This document shows, piece by piece, positions 6,831 to 16,291 of a stretch of 37,793 bases of DNA. Both the position numbers and the translations under genes were made by a program. The first letter of the stretch is position 1, and every line of letters begins with the position of its first letter. Origin of the DNA: a virus; IMG/VR virus record IMGVR_UViG_3300028584_000490, positions 1-37,793 of that record; one strand, written 5' to 3'. Under the pieces are notes generated by a model. It was not told the origin of the DNA and ran no database searches. It was given only the letters and a program-made list of their open reading frames with translations.

Positions 6831-9800
6831 ATGGCTGATGTATGGTCACGACTCGGTATCAAACCCTATGAAGCCGATCCTAAAAAAGTAAAACTCACTC
6901 TCGAAGATGCTCCCAAGGTGGAAGCGAAGCCACAAGCACAAGATACGAGCCGTAGCATTGGTCAAATTATCCTCGATACCGATGCACAGTTTGGCCAGGG
7001 TGCCGGATCACTCGTGCAAACATTCGGAGATTTGGGGCAGCTTGCTACGGGTAATAAAAACTCTCTTCAATCGTATGGTCAAGAGGTCAAAGACTTCTAT
7101 GGCAATCTTCTCTCCCCTCAATACAAACAAGAAGGTAAAGACGTATCGGCTGCGATCAAAGCAAAAGATGGAGAGATCGCGCAAGCGGTTGAGGCTATCA
7201 AGCAATATGCTACACATCCCTCGCAGCTATCGGGTGCAATTGTAGGATCAATCCCGGCTATGGCTGCGGGCGGTGTCCCTGGTAAAGTGCTGGGATTGGG
7301 TGCTGGTGCATTGGGAATTGGAGCTACGGGGGTTACGCGTGCCTCTATCGGTGGGGCTGCTGCGGGTGAATCAGTAATACAAGGTGGTCAAACGGGGGGC
7401 GAAGTGCTACGCGGTGATTTGAATCAAGCTGCAAATTCCGATTGGACTCCTAAGTATTCCCAAGAAGAGATACTAGATCGTGCGCGTACTGCTGCGCTGG
7501 GTTCTGCTGCTACTACTGCCCTCACCTATGCGATCCCTGGATCAACAACAATCGAAAAAGCATTGTTGGGTGTTGAGAATAAAGTGGGAAGCCGCGCTGT
7601 TAATACGGCTAAGGGTTTTGCGGGTGAAATGGGTCAAGAGGGAATCCAGGGTGGTACAGGGCAAATGTCTCAAAACTATGCCGAAGATAAACCACTCACG
7701 CAAGGTGTCGGAGAGGTTACTGCAACGGGCGCTCTCATCGGTGGGATCATGGGTGGTGGTATGGGGTTTGCCAATAGCACATCCAGCGCACCACAAGCAG
7801 CCCCTAAAAAACCTAGTGAGACGATCAACGTCGAAGAGGAAGTAAAGAGCGAAGCAAAGAAGCAAGCTTACACCTGGGCTACGCAGCGTGAGGGCGAAGT
7901 ACGTCAAGAAGCAGCGCAAGCAAAGGCGCACGTCAATGAAATGCTCAATAACGGGTTAGATCCAAAGAGTGTACGTGCTACGCTGGATAATCTCATCACG
8001 CCAAGTGCAGCCGATGTGAAACTAACTCAACTGCTCAATGAGGGTACGATCCTACCCTCTAACATGACGGGTATGCGTATCGTGCCTCTCATTGAAGATA
8101 CGATACAAGCCTCTATCGATGCGCCGGAACTTGCCCGTACCAATCAAGAACTAGAATCGGTACTCAAACAAGCGGGCATGAGTAAACGTCTCACGCAGAT
8201 CATTACTGCTGCGTATGCTGCTAAAGATCCTCAAATACTCAAAGATCACATCCAAGAGACACTTGATGGTAATACGCATGAGTTTGTCGATCATGCACCG
8301 ATCCAAGAAGCGATCATGCAGCAAGTAGCACAGCTTGACGAACAACACGCGATACAAATGGAAGCTATCAAGCAGCAAGAGGAAGAACAAAAAGCTATCG
8401 AAACGCTATCAAATGATAGCGAAAGTGTAGCGGTTGAGCCGAAACAAGAAGAGGTAATTTTTAAGCCCGCACAAGGGAAGCGTGCAGTGCGCGGTGAATT
8501 GTTTGATCTACCTTTTGGATACAAAGGTGTTATTGTTAAGAACCAGGCGGGGGATGCTGCTGAACTGTATGAGTATTCCACGGGATCACGTTTGTCGGGG
8601 TATAGTGCTGGTACAAGCTGGAAGCTAGATGAGTCTATTGCCGAGGCGCGTAATAAAATGGAACGTACCGGGGAAGAAAAGCTCGCGCAGCATTTTGAAG
8701 AGATTAAAAATGATAGAGGTATCACTAACACTGAAATCGTTTATGCTAAAGCTCCTACTATTACCAAAGAGAAAGAACTTGTAACAATAGAATCATTTAA
8801 TCGAGATGGAATAGCAATTGAAGTAAGCGGAACACCAATTAAGCTTTCAAATAATATCAATGCTATTATCACTAAACGTGATGATGGTTGGCATATCACT
8901 GAATCTGATGTAGGCGCACCACTAGGCGGAGGCAAAACAAGAAAAGAGGCTATTGATGCTGTTAATAATTCTATTCAGAAAATAGGAATTGAAAAATATT
9001 CAACACTTATTGAAAAGAAAAGAAAAGAATATGACATATTTCGTCTCCCTATTGAGGAAGTAAAGCAGTTCTTTAATGGGATGGATGCTAATGAAAAGAT
9101 AGAGTTTTCAAAGTCATGGGGCAGCAATACGCCTGAATGGTGGGCAGATAAAAATTGGGATGATTTAAGAAGCGATCAGCACGATGCACTTAAAAGCGTA
9201 TATTTAGGTCATAATAGAAATAAGAGTGATACAATACTAGATGATACTAAAACAATATCAAAAGATACTAAAACAACACTAAAAGGGGTGAAAGATGAAG
9301 AAGTACAACCAATTCGAGGCAATGATGGCGCTGGAAGCGAAGATACCGGATCAACAACGGTACGACCTGATGAAGCAAGTAACCCAAGGGGAAGCGATGC
9401 TGCCCGCGATGGAGGCATCGATGGAGAGACGAAAGGCGCAAGCAATGTTGTCGGAGCAGTACGATCACCTAAATCGGATATTGGGAACAGTGGCGGGGAT
9501 GATGCAGTATCCCAAGGAACTGAGCCAATGGAACGATACGCAGCCCCTAGCAGTGATGATACAAACGCTGCCGGAGTTGGAATCGACACAGTGGTATCAA
9601 GCGGTGGTGAACAAAATCTTAACCTAGAGGGCAAAGATCCTATCATACTTACAAGAGGTCAGCGTAGAGATATAAACTACCAGGCAAAAGCCATTCTCGA
9701 AAAAGGTGCGCCATACAGCGAAGCCGACAAAGAGATCCTACGCCAATACACCGGAGAGGGCGGGTTGGTATCCTCTAAAGAATCTCTCACACAACACTAC

Positions 9801-12800
9801 ACACCGTATCAAACGATCAAAGCCATTTATAACGCTCTCGATGTTGCGGGGTTTGCTCCCAAAACTGCATTAGAGCCAGCGGTGGGAAGCGGGAATTTTG
9901 TCGGGTTTCGTCCTGATCTCGCGTGGACGACTATCGACATCGATAAAACCAATCACGAGGTTGTCAATGCGCTGTACCCAAAAGCCAATAACTATCATAA
10001 CGGGTTTGAAGAGTTTAAGGGCAAAGGGTTTGATCTCATCATCTCCAATGTACCGTTTCTCGAAGAGCGCGGCGCGGGACTGCTCAAAGATCGTAAAGAC
10101 ATTAAGATGCTGCACGATTACTATTTTGCAGCGGCTATGGATAAGGTCAATGATAATGGGATCGTGGCGTTTGTCACGTCCAAGGGGACTATGGATAAGT
10201 CCGATGGTGCTATTCGTAAAGAGGTAGTGAGTCGGGGCGATATTATCGGAGCGTATCGTTTGCCTAGTGGTACGTTTTCTAAAAATGCGCATACCGATGT
10301 TGTCACCGATGTGATCTTCATCCAAAAACGTCCGGAGGGTGTGGAGCCTAGAGAAGAGCGTGCGCGTGACAATGAGGCGTTTGTGTCCTCTACCAAAACA
10401 GCTGATGATATATACATGAATACCTATTTTCAAAACCATACGTCCAATATCCTGGGCGATGTTAAAGCGGGGATCGATAAAGCCTATGGCCGTCCCGCGT
10501 ATGAGATCACGGGTACACCGGATTACAGCCGCATGAAGATCGACTATGCAGCGTATGGGAAAGAGAACCAAAAAGATGCAGCCAATGAGACACAGACTAT
10601 CCCTACAAACAGCAAAGAGTTTAAACAGTATGCCCAAGATAACGCGATTGAGTACACCAGCCATAAAGGTAGTGGGATCGTTATCGATGGTAGCAATGTT
10701 TTAGCGCAGCGTGAAGTGGAGTTTTCGGACATCGATCAAAAGGCGTACTATTATGAGCCATTAACGGACAAGGGGTTGTCCGATAAGATCCTAGCCCTGG
10801 ATAAGATCGTAGCAGCGGGTGAGGCTAATAACCTCGAAGAGGGGACAAAGCTCATCGATGCCTACAAAGCAGCGTTTAAAACCCACCCTAAGAAAGATAA
10901 AGCCCTGGGCAAAGCATTGCGCGAAGCGGGGGAAGATCAGAAGGTGTATGAGTATGGTAGTTTGTTTAATGATAAGTTTATACCTAGTGATATATTCCGT
11001 GAGCAGACACGCTATACCGGAAGCGGTAAAGCAGATATAAGCGAATCATCCCCACTCAAAGAACGATTATTTTACTCCGAGAACAACGAGGGTAAGCTCA
11101 ATATCAGAACCTCAAAGCTCCTGGATATGGATGAGTTCGGGGATATGCTCAAAGATGATAACTATGCCTATATTGGAGAGTTTAGCGTACAAAACAAGAT
11201 CCTCTATTACAGCGGCAATATCTATGATAAGATCGATGAGATTACTAAGATCCGGGATCAAAATTTAGGGGTTAAAAAATACGATGATGCAATCAGTGAG
11301 AAGCTCGATCTTCAACTCAAAGCACTCGAAGCCATACTGCCTGAACCCAAGAAGGTGGATGAGATCGAGTTTAAGGGAATAGAGAAGTGGATCAGCGATG
11401 CGGGGATCGAGATCCCGTTTAAGATGGTCAAGAAAACAGAGAAGCTACGCGACAATGGCGGGACTAAGACAACAGAGGAATGGCAAAGCGGATACGGTAA
11501 TATTTTTGATAATTACCTAAACGGCAAGCAGCTTATCTCAGCAAAACAAGATGAGTCAATGGCCTCGTTTAAAAACCGTTTGCGCGAAGCACAGCAAGAA
11601 GTGGCAACGGTACAAGACAAGTATCGTGCCTGGCTGTCAAGCAAGGGGCATACTGAGGCGTTTGAGAAAGCCTATAACAAACGCTTTAACGGATACGTGC
11701 AGCCGGACTATCTCGCAGCCTCGTACCTGATCCAGGACACACTCGATGCGCTGCCAAAAGAACTCACACTGCGCAGCAATCAGATCCAATGGATCATGCA
11801 AGCATATTATGAGGGTAAGGGGATCAATGCGCATGATGTTGGGGGCGGTAAGACGTTGGCTGGGATCGTGTTGGCAAAAGTCCTCAAAGATAAAGGGGCT
11901 GCTACAAAGCCGATCTTTGTTGTGCCGTCCAAGGTTATCAAGAATTGGGTTAAAGAGATCAAGCGTGCCGTACCGGATGCGAAGATCGTGGATTTGGGGA
12001 GTCTCTCAAAAGATAAGCGCGAATCGATGCTGCACGATTTGGCAAACACCAATGCCGATTATGTGCTGATTTCAAAAGAGGGTTTCCAGGCGCTCAAACT
12101 GCCGCTGCAAAAAGAGATCGATTATGCAACGCAGCTGTTACGAGAGAATTTGCAAAACGATAACCTAACCGGACGTGCTGAACAAGTAGCCAATGAGAAA
12201 GTAGAGCGCTATTTGGCGGTACTAAGAACCGATAATAAAAACAAATCGATCACGATTGACAAGCTGGGGATCGATGCCGTGTTCGCCGATGAAGCACGCA
12301 GCTATAAAAATATTGGGGTTAGCAGTGATCTTGTCGGTAATAAGCTGGGTAAAGCGTTTAGCATGAAAGAGAACGAGAAAACTAAGACCGTAAGTATCGA
12401 CAGTGCTATGGCGTATGATTTTCGTTTTAAAACCCGCTACATCGCAGAGCGTAACAATGGGCGTAATGTATTCTTACTCGATGCAACACCTACACCAAAC
12501 AAGCCTATCGAGATCTTCACGATGCTCAAACACCTGGACAATAATATATTCGATGAGTATGGGATCACTACGGATCGTGATTTTGCTAATATGTTTTTTG
12601 AGTTTGGGATTAAGCCTACTAAGACGGGGGGCATGGATAAAGGGTTGATCGCGCTTAAAAATGCGTTTGGACTCAAAGGGATCATGAATCGCTACATCAA
12701 TCGAATCAGCATGGCAGATTTTGCCAGCCAAAAGATCATCGATCTACCCGAAGAGAAAGTGATTAACCACTACCTCGATCAAACCGATGAGGGCGATATA

Positions 12801-14111
12801 GTGTTTACGGATATTGCTAAACGTATGCAAGAAGCAAAAGCCGATAAAGAGAAACGTAAAGAGATACCAGGGATATTTAGCAACGGGATCACGGCAAGTG
12901 TCGATCCAAGATTGTATCAGCGTATGGGGATCACAGACATACTTGATCCTACACCGGATAATCATAAGATCGCCAAGGTGATCGATCTCGTTCTATCCAA
13001 ACGCGGCATCGATGCGAAGTCGGGGCAGATCATATTCCTAGACAGTGCCGGGCATACGGCAAGTGATACGAATGTAAAGGTAGATAAGACAACGGGAGTC
13101 GAGACTGTTTATGCTGCTACCCTGGAACAAAACCTACACCGTGATATGAAAGATAAGCTTATCGCTAGTGGCAAATATAAAGCTAATGAGATTGCTATCC
13201 TAAGTGGCCAGGAGATCACTGATCCAAGAACGGGTAAAGAGACGGGAGCTACGGGCGATAAAGCGCAGCAACTCAAGCAAGATATTGTTGATGCGTATGA
13301 TGCCGGGCAAGTTAAGGTAATCATCGGAACAACTAAGAGTGCGGGTGAGGGGATGAATATCCAAAAGTTTACGACGGATATTTACCACATCGATCTACCC
13401 TGGACGATTGCCGAAGTAATCCAGCGCAATGGGCGTGGGGTACGGTTTGGTAATCAAAACGCAAGTGTAAACCTACACTACTTTTTCCAGGCGGGGACGT
13501 TTGACTCTCTCATGTATAAAACAGTCATGAATAAAAAAGGATGGAATGAGGCGCTATGGGATACCAAAGTAGAGGATCGTATGGAAGTCGTGGACGAGGG
13601 TGGATCGATGCCAAGTCCAGCGGAGATCATGTTAGCTATGGAAAAAGATCCTATTAAGAGGAGACAATTAGAACTAGAGATCGAATACCAGCGCCTCAGT
13701 GATGAATATAACAATGTTACCGATGAAGTTAAAGCCATCGAGCGCAGAATATCAACCATAACAACAGAGCAGCGCGACGAGGGCAATAAGCAACGTGATC
13801 TCGAAGCACGTATGAAAGATCCAACGCCTACGCTAGAGCTGCGTGAGCTGCAAGAGAAGATGCACAAAGAGCCTAAGAAGTACAAAGCAAAGTTTGAGGA
13901 AGTCCAGGCGCGCGTTAAGAAGAGCCAAGAGGGTATGCACGCGCAACGTGTAGCTAAGATGGAGAATCTCAAGAAAGAAGAAGTGCGACGATACGAAGCA
14001 CTCAAAACAGCGAGAGAGAATCATACTAAAGTCGCGGGCGAACTAAGAGATTTTGAGGATAAGTACATGGATAACCGGGGTAATTTTATAGCTGAAGTGG
14101 AGTGTGCGTAA
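6831..14111 (+). CDS. Giant polyvalent protein (2426 aa): N-terminal glycine-zipper region, tandem small modules, acidic G/S/D disordered linker, N6-adenine DNA methyltransferase domain, SNF2/DEAD-type helicase domain, C-terminal coiled coil (P1 DarB-like architecture)
   Basis: Uninterrupted 7.3 kb ORF. MTase motif I EPAVGSGNFVG (nt ~9873) and motif IV DLIISNVPF (nt ~10044). Helicase motif I DVGGGKTLAG (nt ~11835), motif II FADEARSYKN (nt ~12288), motif III LLDATPTPN, motif V GTTKSAGEGMNIQ, and motif VI QRNGRGVRFGN (nt ~13422). Confidence 0.85.
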   Translation: MADVWSRLGIKPYEADPKKVKLTLEDAPKVEAKPQAQDTSRSIGQIILDTDAQFGQGAGSLVQTFGDLGQLATGNKNSLQSYGQEVKDFYGNLLSPQYKQEGKDVSAAIKAKDGEIAQAVEAIKQYATHPSQLSGAIVGSIPAMAAGGVPGKVLGLGAGALGIGATGVTRASIGGAAAGESVIQGGQTGGEVLRGDLNQAANSDWTPKYSQEEILDRARTAALGSAATTALTYAIPGSTTIEKALLGVENKVGSRAVNTAKGFAGEMGQEGIQGGTGQMSQNYAEDKPLTQGVGEVTATGALIGGIMGGGMGFANSTSSAPQAAPKKPSETINVEEEVKSEAKKQAYTWATQREGEVRQEAAQAKAHVNEMLNNGLDPKSVRATLDNLITPSAADVKLTQLLNEGTILPSNMTGMRIVPLIEDTIQASIDAPELARTNQELESVLKQAGMSKRLTQIITAAYAAKDPQILKDHIQETLDGNTHEFVDHAPIQEAIMQQVAQLDEQHAIQMEAIKQQEEEQKAIETLSNDSESVAVEPKQEEVIFKPAQGKRAVRGELFDLPFGYKGVIVKNQAGDAAELYEYSTGSRLSGYSAGTSWKLDESIAEARNKMERTGEEKLAQHFEEIKNDRGITNTEIVYAKAPTITKEKELVTIESFNRDGIAIEVSGTPIKLSNNINAIITKRDDGWHITESDVGAPLGGGKTRKEAIDAVNNSIQKIGIEKYSTLIEKKRKEYDIFRLPIEEVKQFFNGMDANEKIEFSKSWGSNTPEWWADKNWDDLRSDQHDALKSVYLGHNRNKSDTILDDTKTISKDTKTTLKGVKDEEVQPIRGNDGAGSEDTGSTTVRPDEASNPRGSDAARDGGIDGETKGASNVVGAVRSPKSDIGNSGGDDAVSQGTEPMERYAAPSSDDTNAAGVGIDTVVSSGGEQNLNLEGKDPIILTRGQRRDINYQAKAILEKGAPYSEADKEILRQYTGEGGLVSSKESLTQHYTPYQTIKAIYNALDVAGFAPKTALEPAVGSGNFVGFRPDLAWTTIDIDKTNHEVVNALYPKANNYHNGFEEFKGKGFDLIISNVPFLEERGAGLLKDRKDIKMLHDYYFAAAMDKVNDNGIVAFVTSKGTMDKSDGAIRKEVVSRGDIIGAYRLPSGTFSKNAHTDVVTDVIFIQKRPEGVEPREERARDNEAFVSSTKTADDIYMNTYFQNHTSNILGDVKAGIDKAYGRPAYEITGTPDYSRMKIDYAAYGKENQKDAANETQTIPTNSKEFKQYAQDNAIEYTSHKGSGIVIDGSNVLAQREVEFSDIDQKAYYYEPLTDKGLSDKILALDKIVAAGEANNLEEGTKLIDAYKAAFKTHPKKDKALGKALREAGEDQKVYEYGSLFNDKFIPSDIFREQTRYTGSGKADISESSPLKERLFYSENNEGKLNIRTSKLLDMDEFGDMLKDDNYAYIGEFSVQNKILYYSGNIYDKIDEITKIRDQNLGVKKYDDAISEKLDLQLKALEAILPEPKKVDEIEFKGIEKWISDAGIEIPFKMVKKTEKLRDNGGTKTTEEWQSGYGNIFDNYLNGKQLISAKQDESMASFKNRLREAQQEVATVQDKYRAWLSSKGHTEAFEKAYNKRFNGYVQPDYLAASYLIQDTLDALPKELTLRSNQIQWIMQAYYEGKGINAHDVGGGKTLAGIVLAKVLKDKGAATKPIFVVPSKVIKNWVKEIKRAVPDAKIVDLGSLSKDKRESMLHDLANTNADYVLISKEGFQALKLPLQKEIDYATQLLRENLQNDNLTGRAEQVANEKVERYLAVLRTDNKNKSITIDKLGIDAVFADEARSYKNIGVSSDLVGNKLGKAFSMKENEKTKTVSIDSAMAYDFRFKTRYIAERNNGRNVFLLDATPTPNKPIEIFTMLKHLDNNIFDEYGITTDRDFANMFFEFGIKPTKTGGMDKGLIALKNAFGLKGIMNRYINRISMADFASQKIIDLPEEKVINHYLDQTDEGDIVFTDIAKRMQEAKADKEKRKEIPGIFSNGITASVDPRLYQRMGITDILDPTPDNHKIAKVIDLVLSKRGIDAKSGQIIFLDSAGHTASDTNVKVDKTTGVETVYAATLEQNLHRDMKDKLIASGKYKANEIAILSGQEITDPRTGKETGATGDKAQQLKQDIVDAYDAGQVKVIIGTTKSAGEGMNIQKFTTDIYHIDLPWTIAEVIQRNGRGVRFGNQNASVNLHYFFQAGTFDSLMYKTVMNKKGWNEALWDTKVEDRMEVVDEGGSMPSPAEIMLAMEKDPIKRRQLELEIEYQRLSDEYNNVTDEVKAIERRISTITTEQRDEGNKQRDLEARMKDPTPTLELRELQEKMHKEPKKYKAKFEEVQARVKKSQEGMHAQRVAKMENLKKEEVRRYEALKTARENHTKVAGELRDFEDKYMDNRGNFIAEVECA

Positions 14112-16291
14112 TGGGTTGTGATTTAAAGAAGAGAAAAGCGCAGTATGATAGCCTCGTAGATAAGATGTTTGGGAAGCTTGAAGATTGGAATAGTATCGAT
14201 AAGACGTTTGACAAGTTAGAAGGTGGGCTGATCGCTGCGGATAAGTACGTCGTGAACAAAGTCAATGCCTCACAAGAGAAAGTAAAAGTAAAAAATCTGT
14301 TTGCAATCCATGAGACAGAGCGTGTTTTCAGTGAATGGATGCGGGAGTTGCGTATCCAAAAGCAGATGATCGCGGATCGTGCGCAGCAGACACAAGAGTT
14401 TTTGCAAGGGTTGAGTGAAGAACATAGCGAGCAGCTGGTGCGTGCACTCAATGGTGACATCGATGCGATCACACTGCCACAAGAACTGCGCGGAGTCTAT
14501 GACACGTTTCGTGAAGCGATCAATAGCAATGCTAGAGAACTCGTAGAGCTGGGTGTACTCAAAGAAGAGAACATGATAAGCGATTACCTCAAACGCTACT
14601 ACAAAGATTTCCTCGATACGAGCGGCAGCGGTAAGGCGTATTTTGACAAGCGGTTTAAAGCACGTAAAGACTTGACGCATGATGAACGCCTGGCAAAAGG
14701 GATGATCGAAGATGCAAGCTATGTGATCCCTAAGACAATGGCAGATCAAAAGCTCCAAGCACTCAAAGCAAAAGTGTTGCAAAGCATCGCCGATAAGTTC
14801 GGGAAAGACAAAGAAGAAGAGGGATATGTCCAGGTTCCGGATACTACTGTGGGCGGTGGGGTTAAAATGTACGGAGCATTATCGGGTAAATATGTACCCG
14901 AAGAGATCCTATCCTCTCTCAAGGGGGCATCGTTCGCACGCAAGCAGCTAACTGCTTGGGAGGGGTGGGTTGGTTTCATCGATCATATTAAGGTTAATAT
15001 GACGGTCAAGAATCCATTTACCCACGTTTATAATGTAGGATCAAATGTTCTCATGTCGTTTTTACATGGAGACGTGCAAGCCCTGGGTCGTGTTTTGGAT
15101 ATGGCGCATCGGGATAAGGTAAAGTTTCGTGCGTTGGTCGAAGAGGCAAACAAATACGGGCTTAATACGCTTCTGGGAGATATGGAAGATCAACTCGTCC
15201 TGGATGAGAATGGAAGCCCTAGCCTCATCAAGACGATTGCTAAAAATCTCTACATGACACAAGACTCTAAGATGGGTAAAGGGATGCGCAAGGCGTATGA
15301 GTGGGAGGATAAGATCTTCAAGCTTGCAGCGTTTGAGGGCAATATGAAAAAAATGCGTGAAGAGCTGGGGCGAGAACTAACCGAAGATGAGAAGCGCACC
15401 GCGTTTCGTGAAGCGAATGAGGCGTATGTTGATTATGACTCTCCGCTGCCGGATGGTGTTAAGCTATTGGATAAATCCGGGTTGTTTCCGTTTCTCCACT
15501 ATACTTGGAAATCATCGCCCGTAGTTGCCAAAGCTGCACTCAAACATCCGGTACGGTTTGCGATCATGCAAGCGGCACTCATCGGTTTGGGAGCCTCGGC
15601 ATGGTTTGGGGACGATGATGATGATCTAAAGCCGGGTTGGGCTGCTAGTCAATGGAATCTATTGGGATCTAAAGAGTGGGTTAATCTCCATAATGGGCTG
15701 TTTCTCAATGCGGGTCGTCTCGTCCCTGGTGCGAAGATCGGTGGGCTTGATTTTAGTGGTGGGTTTATCGGTGGTATGATTAACATCGGTGGAGGTAAGA
15801 CTACGCTTGGGTATGATTTTGTGAACAAGTACGATACTGTTGGGGAGAGTGTCGTTAAACGTGTAGCGACGTTTGCGGAGAGCTATGCACCTCCTATATC
15901 ACCTATCGGGCGTTATGGGCAGCGCCTAGTAAAGAACGCAATGGGTGAGGGAAAGAAGAACAGCAGCACCGGGGAGATCATGGATACGAAAGAGATCCTA
16001 TCACAGCCGCTAGGGTTACGCAAGTTTGATGCGAAGCATGAAGCGCAGCTCAAAGCCAATGCGATCAAGAATAAATACGTGCGGATGGTAGAAAAGGGCG
16101 AGGATAAAACGGATGCCGCAAAGGTGTATCGTGATGAGCGTCGTGAGCTGATGGATAGTGTAGCGAAACAAAAAGTAGTAGGGTTGAAGCTCGATGATAC
16201 TCCGCCAAAAGCGGATAAGGAAGTGGAAGGGGAAGCAGCTAAGAAGAAAAAGAGTTTGTCGCTGCTAAGTCCGGTGAGGTTGAAGTTATGA
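14111..16291 (+). CDS. Hypothetical large late protein (726 aa) translationally coupled to the polyvalent gene
   Basis: ATG 14111 overlaps the polyvalent stop (TAATG); the track's earlier ATG 14102 is inside the upstream gene. Contains GDDDDDLKPGW and Gly-rich GGLDFSGGFIGGMINIGGGKT. No family recognised. Confidence 0.6.
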   Translation: MGCDLKKRKAQYDSLVDKMFGKLEDWNSIDKTFDKLEGGLIAADKYVVNKVNASQEKVKVKNLFAIHETERVFSEWMRELRIQKQMIADRAQQTQEFLQGLSEEHSEQLVRALNGDIDAITLPQELRGVYDTFREAINSNARELVELGVLKEENMISDYLKRYYKDFLDTSGSGKAYFDKRFKARKDLTHDERLAKGMIEDASYVIPKTMADQKLQALKAKVLQSIADKFGKDKEEEGYVQVPDTTVGGGVKMYGALSGKYVPEEILSSLKGASFARKQLTAWEGWVGFIDHIKVNMTVKNPFTHVYNVGSNVLMSFLHGDVQALGRVLDMAHRDKVKFRALVEEANKYGLNTLLGDMEDQLVLDENGSPSLIKTIAKNLYMTQDSKMGKGMRKAYEWEDKIFKLAAFEGNMKKMREELGRELTEDEKRTAFREANEAYVDYDSPLPDGVKLLDKSGLFPFLHYTWKSSPVVAKAALKHPVRFAIMQAALIGLGASAWFGDDDDDLKPGWAASQWNLLGSKEWVNLHNGLFLNAGRLVPGAKIGGLDFSGGFIGGMINIGGGKTTLGYDFVNKYDTVGESVVKRVATFAESYAPPISPIGRYGQRLVKNAMGEGKKNSSTGEIMDTKEILSQPLGLRKFDAKHEAQLKANAIKNKYVRMVEKGEDKTDAAKVYRDERRELMDSVAKQKVVGLKLDDTPPKADKEVEGEAAKKKKSLSLLSPVRLKL

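Noticed and set aside
7008-14005. Many antisense or alternate-frame ORFs inside the giant gene (e.g. 7542..7931 -, 8291..8731 -, 9209..9646 -, 9870..10664 - 264 aa, 13478..14005 -)
   Set aside because: They lie wholly inside a 7.3 kb ORF with clear MTase and helicase motifs. Their translations are low-complexity (S/L/R/C-rich) and they lack an SD. These are typical shadow ORFs.
14102-14110. Upstream ATG 14102 as the start of the 726/729-aa gene
   Set aside because: ATG 14111 forms the TAATG stop/start overlap typical of this genome's coupled genes. 14102 would add three codons inside the upstream ORF. The difference is trivial and unresolved.
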